A DNA stretch of 61,930 nucleotides, counting the filler, from Stramenopiles sp. TOSAG23-2 (Eukaryota): assembly GCA_900128395.1 (NCBI GenBank). It is 5 parts of 5 records of this genome, joined end to end, with 100 filler letters (N's around TTAATTAATTAA, not from the genome) between each part and the next. Parts side by side here need not be neighbours in the genome. Positions count along the whole stretch, not along the records: positions 49,661 to 61,930 come from LT649866.1; 4 more parts are not named here. The stretch is one strand, 5' to 3'. Within the stretch, counting starts at the first letter, position 1; each line of letters starts with the position of its first letter. The notes beneath the pieces are model-generated. The model searched no databases. It saw nothing but the letters and a program-made list of their open reading frames with translations, and had not been told where the DNA came from. A program made the translations under genes and the position numbers. Below, one piece after another: positions 54,692 through 61,930 of the stretch.

Positions 54692-55546
54692 ATGAATTTC
54701 AATAAAAATATACCACATCATCATCATGAAGAACCATATTATGTTAAGCCAACGTTTTTACAATCATCTTGTTTAGCGCCAAAATATTGGTTTATTCAAC
54801 CACATGAAACAGGGCCAGTAGCACAATGTGTAATAAGTGTAGTCTTTCGTTTCATACCAAGTTTTTTCTTTATTATAATTTTAATACGTGATGTTTCAAT
54901 TGCAATACAAAAACCTATTGTTAAAGCACCTGTATCATGGTTATTTATGACAAAATTATTGTCAATTTTTATATTATTTGCAGGGTGTATTTTAACAATG
55001 TTTTTTTGGTTGATATTATATAAAGATGAAGATTATATTGTAGATTGTGAAGCGTCTGTTGAAATTTTACAGGCATTTGCATGGTTGTTAAGTGGTGCTA
55101 GTTTATGGCTTGGTTATCGACGTGCACGTAAACAATCCAAAAGTTTACGTTTTTACATTTTAATAGAATTCATTATGTCTTGTTTATTATTATATTTAAG
55201 ACCACGTGGAGTTATGGATACATTAGTAGATGGGAAAGATCCCATACTTTATATTGCATTTTTAGACGTCGTACGAGTGATTAGCTTATTAATTTTAACC
55301 ATTTTAATGAGTTGTTGGCCTAGAGATGTTCCAAAATATAGTGAAATTTTTATTGATTATGAAGAAAAATTATTATTAAGTTCTGGTGAAGTATCACGAA
55401 CAGCTTCATATAGCTCCTTTGGTTCATTTGAACCATCACCAACTACTCAACAACATACACGCCATATAAAAATTTTGAAACATGCATTAAGAAAAGGAAG
55501 TATTGATCCACTTGAGAATCCAAATAATTATCCACAGTCATTGTGA
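54692..55546 (+). CDS. Multi-pass membrane protein (about 5 TM; loosely ABCC TMD0-like)
   Basis: Five hydrophobic segments; family assignment weak. Confidence 0.65.
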   Translation: MNFNKNIPHHHHEEPYYVKPTFLQSSCLAPKYWFIQPHETGPVAQCVISVVFRFIPSFFFIIILIRDVSIAIQKPIVKAPVSWLFMTKLLSIFILFAGCILTMFFWLILYKDEDYIVDCEASVEILQAFAWLLSGASLWLGYRRARKQSKSLRFYILIEFIMSCLLLYLRPRGVMDTLVDGKDPILYIAFLDVVRVISLLILTILMSCWPRDVPKYSEIFIDYEEKLLLSSGEVSRTASYSSFGSFEPSPTTQQHTRHIKILKHALRKGSIDPLENPNNYPQSL

Positions 55547-55761
55547 CGGGGTATAATAATGGCTTCGTATACGAAGTATTATATATAGATACGCGTATTA
55601 CGAAGCCATATTATCGTTTTCTTAAGTGTATGTGTGGCTGGAGGAAGGGTTTCAATGTTTGTCTGAATAATTTTGTAAATATTACAGGTGTGTGGTATAA
55701 AATTCGTTTTTTATTTTAACACACTCTTCGTATGATATCATATGATATGATATTCATATCC

Positions 55762-56448
55762 TCATGTACACTCAAAAACTTCGCTATACTTGTCTCTACG
55801 ACTGCTGCAATTAGGAAATGCCTTTAATACTTCAGGAATTGTATATTGTATGCCAGAATTTTCTAAACGAAATTTTATAAGCTTTGGTGATGTTGCCTTA
55901 TTTAGCTTAAGCTGTGAGAAATTTGTTGGCGCAAAACAATTTTCACGAATACTGAACTCTCTTAATTCATTTAATTCTGAAAAGTTATCAATGGAACCAG
56001 TAAAATTATTTCCAGCCAAATATAAGTCATGTAACTTCGTTAATTTAAAAATTGCTTTTATTTCCCCAGTAAATTTATTATGAGCGAGATTTAAATACTT
56101 CAACTTTGAGAGTTTACTAATATTAAGAACGGATACTGTCCCAGACAATTTGTTATAATCAAGATTTAGACGCGTCAACGCTGTTAATGAGCTAAGCGAT
56201 GTTGGAATTGTACCATCGAATTTATTCGTAGTTATTCTTAATTCTTTCAATTTTTTTAGTTTGCCAATACTATTTGGCAAATTCCCATAAAAATTATTTC
56301 TTCCAAAAAGTAAAAACTTTAGATTTGTCAAGGCACCTATATCTTCAGGTATTACTCCCGTCAAATTGTTTTCTCCCAAATGTAAATATGTCAACCCTGT
56401 TAATTTGCTAAATTCCTGTGGTATATTTCCAGAAAGTCTATTCTCAAA
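55762..56448 (-). CDS. 24-aa plant-type LRR protein, 5'-truncated
   Basis: LxxLxLxxNxLTGxIP repeats; frame open to ~56451 with no ATG. Confidence 0.75.
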   Translation of the reverse strand, partial: FENRLSGNIPQEFSKLTGLTYLHLGENNLTGVIPEDIGALTNLKFLLFGRNNFYGNLPNSIGKLKKLKELRITTNKFDGTIPTSLSSLTALTRLNLDYNKLSGTVSVLNISKLSKLKYLNLAHNKFTGEIKAIFKLTKLHDLYLAGNNFTGSIDNFSELNELREFSIRENCFAPTNFSQLKLNKATSPKLIKFRLENSGIQYTIPEVLKAFPNCSSRRDKYSEVFECT

Positions 56449-56902
56449 TGATTACGATATTGCTTTGACTGGTAAAGGTCCAGAAGATTTTGCACCAAAA
56501 GCAAAAATCACATCTACTAAGCCAAAGGAAAGGCAACCAACTCGTTTTGATGAGTTGCAGCCAGGTCCTCCTGTAAGTCAAGAAGAAATAGCAGCAAAAT
56601 TAGAAACAATGGAATCAGAAAAAGAGAAAAAGAAATATCTCAAACATGTTAAAAAATATGAACGTGAACGAAAAGCAAAAATCAAAGCACTTGAATTTGA
56701 AGCTGCTAAGTTTTTGCAAGGAAAATGGAGAGCATTGATTGCAAAACGTCAAATACGCAAGTCTATACATGCATTGTATGAAAAAGTTTGGAGTGCAGAA
56801 CATCAACGATTTTTTTATTACAATGTTAAAAATTATAAAAGTCAATGGTCGAAACCTGCATTACTTGGACCTGATGATTTAACACCGAGATTTTATGATT
56901 GA
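56447..56902 (+). CDS. IQ + WW domain protein, 5'-truncated
   Basis: AAKFLQGKWRALIAKRQ (IQ); YEKVWSAEHQRFFYYNVKNYKSQWSKP (WW-like). Confidence 0.7.
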   Translation, partial: NDYDIALTGKGPEDFAPKAKITSTKPKERQPTRFDELQPGPPVSQEEIAAKLETMESEKEKKKYLKHVKKYERERKAKIKALEFEAAKFLQGKWRALIAKRQIRKSIHALYEKVWSAEHQRFFYYNVKNYKSQWSKPALLGPDDLTPRFYD

Positions 56903-57097
56903 TCTTTTATTTTTGGTGAGAGAGATCTTAAATTAATGATGTGTGTGTATGGTGTGTGGAGAGGAAAAAGAAGCAACTTTTTTGATTTGTTCTTTTCTAA
57001 TAAAAAATTTTTAAAAAGTGACGTGGAGAGTATACGAATAAAAATAAGTGTAGTGTGACAAAATTTGTGAGAGATGGATTTTAAAAACAAATTTTTT

Positions 57098-57952
57098 TTA
57101 TACTCTTAAAAGCTTGGCTTGTCTTCGTGCAGTGCCATCCACACCATGTCTAGCTAACATTGCCAATGTTGACAAGACTGTTTTATAATTATACATAGCC
57201 ATTCCCCAAAAAGATGCCGGAAAGATTTTTCGTGTCCATCCAAGTGGTAGATATGAAGTTCCTGCAACTAAAATTGCTAATGCATATTTCTGTGGTTCCA
57301 AAATTCCATTCACACCACGTAATATTGGATATATTCGTACATATAAAAATATTGTAATAGTCACATTCATACGTCTTATTTCACTCCTAATTGTTTGCTG
57401 TTTATTATTATTATTATTATCATCACCTTCCTTTTTATCAATAAGTGCCTCCTTCAAAGCAGATGCACCAGACAGTGCTAATAGGCAACTTACTAAACCA
57501 TATACAAATGGTGCAACGCCTTTGTCACCATATACAAACGGGGTTAAATACAATGCGGTAGGAGCATGAAAAAATAACTCAGCAGCTGATGATACAATTG
57601 CTAAATTAGTTGATAAAGTTGAATATTTAGTATTTTCAAAATAAATTGAAAGTGCTGAGCCTAAATGACTAATGGTACCAGAAATGATATGTATAGCTAA
57701 TGCCATATACATGGGACCACGATATTTATTATTCATGACTGCCAATACTGCTACTTTTTTCTCGCCACTTGACTTAATGATATATTTTTGTTTATCTAAA
57801 TATAAACCAATTGATACGATAAAGTGTAAAATGCCATTAAAAGTACAAAGTGATCCAATCCATTTTTCCCGTAACTCTTCTTTTGGTGATCCTAAATATT
57901 TAATAGTTTTATCAAGTAAATTATTATATTTTACATAGAACGATGCCATCAT
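57098..57952 (-). CDS. Hypothetical multi-pass membrane protein
   Basis: 284-aa ORF with several TM segments and His residues in helices. Confidence 0.7.
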   Translation of the reverse strand: MMASFYVKYNNLLDKTIKYLGSPKEELREKWIGSLCTFNGILHFIVSIGLYLDKQKYIIKSSGEKKVAVLAVMNNKYRGPMYMALAIHIISGTISHLGSALSIYFENTKYSTLSTNLAIVSSAAELFFHAPTALYLTPFVYGDKGVAPFVYGLVSCLLALSGASALKEALIDKKEGDDNNNNNKQQTIRSEIRRMNVTITIFLYVRIYPILRGVNGILEPQKYALAILVAGTSYLPLGWTRKIFPASFWGMAMYNYKTVLSTLAMLARHGVDGTARRQAKLLRV

Positions 57953-58508
57953 CTGCTGTAATAATTATTCCAAAAATATCAATCAATATCAATTGCGGCG
58001 GGGAATCGGAGGCTGGTGGATGACTTTGTAATATAATATTATGTATATATATATATGTGAACTATATGTAAGCAACAGTATATATAAAATGAGGTTGGTA
58101 TATATTATATTTTCAATACGGTATATATGTAGCATTTTTTATAGTGTGTGTTTGTTTTTTTGCCTGTGTGGTGCTGTTGTGTATATGAATTAATTTAAGG
58201 GATTTATTATATGAGATATTATGATATTTTCTAACATTACTAATATTTATGCTTGTATTATCGGGTCCTTTCTAGATGATTTCCGATTTTTTAGCACGTT
58301 TTTTATAATTTTTTGAAGAATAAATTCAACAATAAAATAGATTGAAAATTATAATACAAATGTATTTTTTGTCAAATAGAATTGTCTTCATGCTTTTTTG
58401 TGTAATAATATGATCAAACAAAAAAAAAGAAACGAAATATCAACACCTGTGCTTTTTCTCGTATAGTTTAAGCGTGTATATGAATATATAAACGATTCTG
58501 ATAGTGAA

Positions 58509-58768
58509 ATATATATATATATATATAAATTTAAAATAATAATAATGGCAACGAAAAATGATGTAAATAACCAGGAAAACGTAACGGTTTCTAAGGATGG
58601 AAATAGTAAAGAACAAGTAGTAGATCAAAAACAACAAGATATATATATATATATATAAATTTAAAATAATAATAATGGCAACGAAAAATGATGTAAATAA
58701 CCAGGAAAACGTAACGGTTTCTAAGGATGGAAATAGTAAAGAACAAGTAGTAGATCAAAAACAACAAG
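58509..58768. repeat. Exact 130-bp tandem duplication over the start of the DOT1-like gene
   Basis: ATG context appears at both 58545 and 58675. Confidence 0.9.
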
Positions 58769-59676
58769 AAGAGAAAATAAAAGATGTAGTAGCTGATGAT
58801 AGTAACGAGGATGAAAATGATAGTAATGAAAAACCTAAACATCACCATATTCAACATGGACATCGTAACAAAGAATTACACAGATTATATACAACCTTGT
58901 TAGAGGATTATCCAGTTAATTTAGGCAAAGCAATATCAAAAAAACAACGTGAACGTGAACATTTAAAAGACCCAACTTTAGTTTATGGTGAAATTAAATA
59001 TAATTTTATGGCATTAATGTTTCGTGTAATGAAGGATGATTATGACGGTTTGCAAAAAGCCGGTGGTGTATTTTATGATTTAGGCTCAGGTACTGGTAAA
59101 CCTGTTTTTGCTGCTGCTATTTTGCATACATTTGAAAGATGCGTTGGCGTTGAAAAATTATCACAATTATATACAGCTTCATTGGAAATAACCGATCACT
59201 GGAGGAAATTAACTGATAGCGTAGATGATGATATAATGAGTGCAGAGCAAAAACGTTGTATGATTGAATTTATAAATGATGATATAAAAAATCCAGAATT
59301 TTCGATGTCGGATGCTACAGTTGGATTTGCAAATTCGACTTGCTATGATGAAGAGTTGATGATTCATATTGCATCCAAAGCTGATGAAATGGTTGCTGGA
59401 TCATTTTTTATTACTGTCACAAAACGTCTTCCATCTTTACAATGGGATTTATTAGAAATGGAACGTTATAAAATGTCATGGGGTGAAGCAAATGTTTTCC
59501 TACATCGTAAAAAAGATGATGATTGGCAAGAGCAACAATTGGAAGCTGAGGCAAGGCAAAAAGAGGAAGAAGAGGAGGAAGAACGAGCTAGGAAAGAAGC
59601 GGAACAAAGTAGTGGAGATGAAGAAGAAGTTGAAAATTTATTAGTAGGTGGGGAAGATGGTAGTGGTTTGCTTTAA
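58675..59676 (+). CDS. DOT1-like SAM-dependent methyltransferase
   Basis: LVYGEI, FYDLGSGTGKPV, GVEK, FANSTCYD, MSWG. Confidence 0.8.
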   Translation: MATKNDVNNQENVTVSKDGNSKEQVVDQKQQEEKIKDVVADDSNEDENDSNEKPKHHHIQHGHRNKELHRLYTTLLEDYPVNLGKAISKKQREREHLKDPTLVYGEIKYNFMALMFRVMKDDYDGLQKAGGVFYDLGSGTGKPVFAAAILHTFERCVGVEKLSQLYTASLEITDHWRKLTDSVDDDIMSAEQKRCMIEFINDDIKNPEFSMSDATVGFANSTCYDEELMIHIASKADEMVAGSFFITVTKRLPSLQWDLLEMERYKMSWGEANVFLHRKKDDDWQEQQLEAEARQKEEEEEEERARKEAEQSSGDEEEVENLLVGGEDGSGLL

Positions 59677-59905
59677 TCAAAGGGGAAGTAAAAGATAATA
59701 AATACGAGTTCGTATTATACCACGAAAATATACGAGACGTATGCATAGTATTTTTAAAATATGAGAAGAAGTTGAAAATTTATTAGTAGGTGGGGAAGAT
59801 GGTAGTGGTTTGCTTTAATCAAAGGGGAAGTAAAAGATAATAAATACGAGTTCGTATTATACCACGAAAATATACGAGACGTATGCATAGTATTTTTAAA
59901 ATATG
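59622..59905. repeat. Exact 142-bp tandem duplication
   Basis: 59622-59763 / 59764-59905. Confidence 0.9.
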
Positions 59906-59983
59906 AATTATTATTAATGTTACGCGCGCCATTATTATTTTTTACTCTCAAACATTTTCTAGTCTACACGGCATCAGCCTCTT

Positions 59984-60932
59984 TTACTCAAACATAAATG
60001 ATGCAACTTTAACACCCATTAATACATTATCGTAAATCATTTTACCATTTGCATTTGGTCCAGCAGATGCAGCAGCTACATGCAATGGAATCAAATGTTC
60101 TTCACGTGGATGGCAAAATCTAGCTTCTGGACCATCTACCCATTAATACATTATCGTAAATCATTTTACCATTTGCATTTGGTCCAGCAGATGCAGCAGC
60201 TACATGCAATGGAATCAAATGTTCTTCACGTGGATGGCAAAATCTAGCTTCTGGACCATCTTCCCAAGTTAGCAATGTATTGATCATATTTGTTGTATCA
60301 TTTGTTTCTATATTCTTTTTTAAATAATTATGAAATGCAACAGATTTTTCCATTGCATTACTTCCACCACCAAAAGCACGCATATTATGAAAAGACATAC
60401 CAGATCCAATGATTAAAACATCGTTATTATCTTCACGAACTTTGGATAATATTTTTCCTAAATTTACATGATCTGTTGGATTTAAGCCTCCTATTAATGA
60501 AATTTGTATTACTGGTATATCTGCTTCTGGGTACATTAATTTTAGTGGTATAAAAACACCATGATCAAATCCTCTACTAACTAATTCCACATTTTCAAAC
60601 ATCGATGATGATTTAAATAAATTATAAATATTTGAAGATAGCTCTAATGCACCATTTACTTTATATGTCAAATGCGGTGCATATGCCTGTGGTGGGAAAC
60701 CATAATAATCATATAATAACTCACCATTTTCATGCCCGGTTGATATTTGAATTGCACTATTAGATGTAGATTCCCAATGTGCAGATATAACTATAATTTG
60801 TTTCGGTCTTCTTGGAATATATGTTTTTGGCAATTCAATTAAAAATTTAGATAATTCACCATGTGTTTTCATATCTAATATTGGCATTGGGCCACCACCA
60901 TGTGCTAAAAAGAAGGTTGGTAATGAGGACAT
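59984..60932 (-). CDS. LigB-family extradiol dioxygenase (4,5-DOPA dioxygenase-like); 3' end disturbed by a 124-bp duplication
   Basis: AHGGGPMP, ISAHWE, YDYYGFP, RGFDHGVFIPL, GSGMSFHN, HPREEHLIPL. Removing one copy of 60014-60137/60138-60261 restores ...DNVLMGVKVASFMFE* (274 aa). Alternative ATG at 61082 adds a hydrophobic leader. Confidence 0.88.
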
Positions 60933-61408
60933 TTTATTTATTTTTATACCGTTAATAAAAGGTTGGAACGTAGAAAATATTAATAATAATAATGACAAAT
61001 AAATTATGATAATATTTAAAATATTTGTTGACAATAATAATAATACAATGAATGGTGTACGACAATAATTTTTTCGAATCATATACACTTTATTCTATTC
61101 TTAACAAAGCGTATTTTTTTCTTCTTGTATGATTTCTTTCAAACAGCGATGTACTATCAAGAACAAGAATATATATATATGGCATTTGCACATTTTGCTT
61201 TTGCACTTCTTTTCATAGCAGTTGCCATATGTATGTATAAAAAGACTTTTAATTATTTTTAAGAATATGTAAAAAACAGTGATATTCAATGCTATTTTTA
61301 TATTGTTGTATTCTAATTACCAGTTTAAGTATAATTTATGATATTTTGATAGAACTTTCAGTGATTTCCATTTTCACATTTTCACACATATATATTTCTT
61401 CCTTACCA

Positions 61409-61930
61409 TCATACTACTGTCCATATCACCATCCATTCCACTTGTTGATACCCGTTTGATCCATCTCTTTTATATTGATCTATAGCATTTAATTGTGATA
61501 TCATATTATCACTAAGTTGATTATTATCTAGGGACAACCAATATAATGTATTGTTTGTTTTTAATACATCAATAATACTTTGTATTCCACTATCATCAGT
61601 AATATTATTATTAGATAGGTACAAGTGCGTTAATGTATTGTTTGTTTTTAATCCTTCACCAATACTTTGTACACTAGCATCAGTAATATTATTATTCTTT
61701 AGGTGCAAGTGCGTTAATGTATTGTTTGTTTTTAATCCTTCACCAATACTTTGTACATCAGTAATAGTAATATTATTATTCTTTAGGTGCAAGTGCGTTA
61801 ATGTATTGTTTGTTTTTAATCCTTCACCAATACTTTGTACATCAGTAATATTATTATCAGATAGGTACAACCACTTTAATGTATTGTTTGTTTTTAATCC
61901 TTCACCAATACTTTGTACATCAGTAATATT
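61409..61930 (-). CDS. LRR protein of the same 26-aa family as 24890/30001, 5' part outside the window
   Basis: DVQSIGEGLKTNNTL repeats and C-cap NNQLSDNM.SQL.A..QYK.DGSNGYQQV..MVI.TV. Confidence 0.88.
   Translation of the reverse strand, partial: NITDVQSIGEGLKTNNTLKWLYLSDNNITDVQSIGEGLKTNNTLTHLHLKNNNITITDVQSIGEGLKTNNTLTHLHLKNNNITDASVQSIGEGLKTNNTLTHLYLSNNNITDDSGIQSIIDVLKTNNTLYWLSLDNNQLSDNMISQLNAIDQYKRDGSNGYQQVEWMVIWTVV

Overview
AT-rich, gene-dense, nearly intron-free eukaryotic nuclear DNA. The gene set (class I fumarase, TPR-Aha1, actin-fragmin kinase, DOT1-like MTase, expanded LRR/ankyrin families) suggests a heterotrophic protist, probably a stramenopile; this is inference. The window is not one locus. 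Four identical 100-nt spacers (44N-TTAATTAATTAA-44N) join five contigs of steadily decreasing length (12362, 12322, 12302, 12274, 12270 nt), so synteny across spacers is artificial. Many exact 55-313 bp tandem stutters and at least one head-to-head chimera point to a SAG/MAG-type assembly. Most genes are housekeeping (fumarase, cyclin B, SDR, otubain, FHA-RING ligase, PGAP1, NUP88, UBE2S, AMACR, epoxide hydrolase, LigB dioxygenase). The interesting part is contig 3 (24885-37186), a near-identical 4.76-kb tandem duplication. It contains (i) a 26-aa-repeat LRR gene with a fixed framework and hypervariable concave-face residues, (ii) a ~3.2-kb non-TIR element carrying two orphan ORFs, whose left and right termini each recur on other contigs and resemble rolling-circle (Helitron/Helitron2-like) ends, and (iii) a Pol-beta-type HhH leader fused to a DEDDh exonuclease in one copy and to a half-RING plus LRR in the other. 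Together these look like a mobile-element-associated domain-shuffling locus, pending read-level validation.
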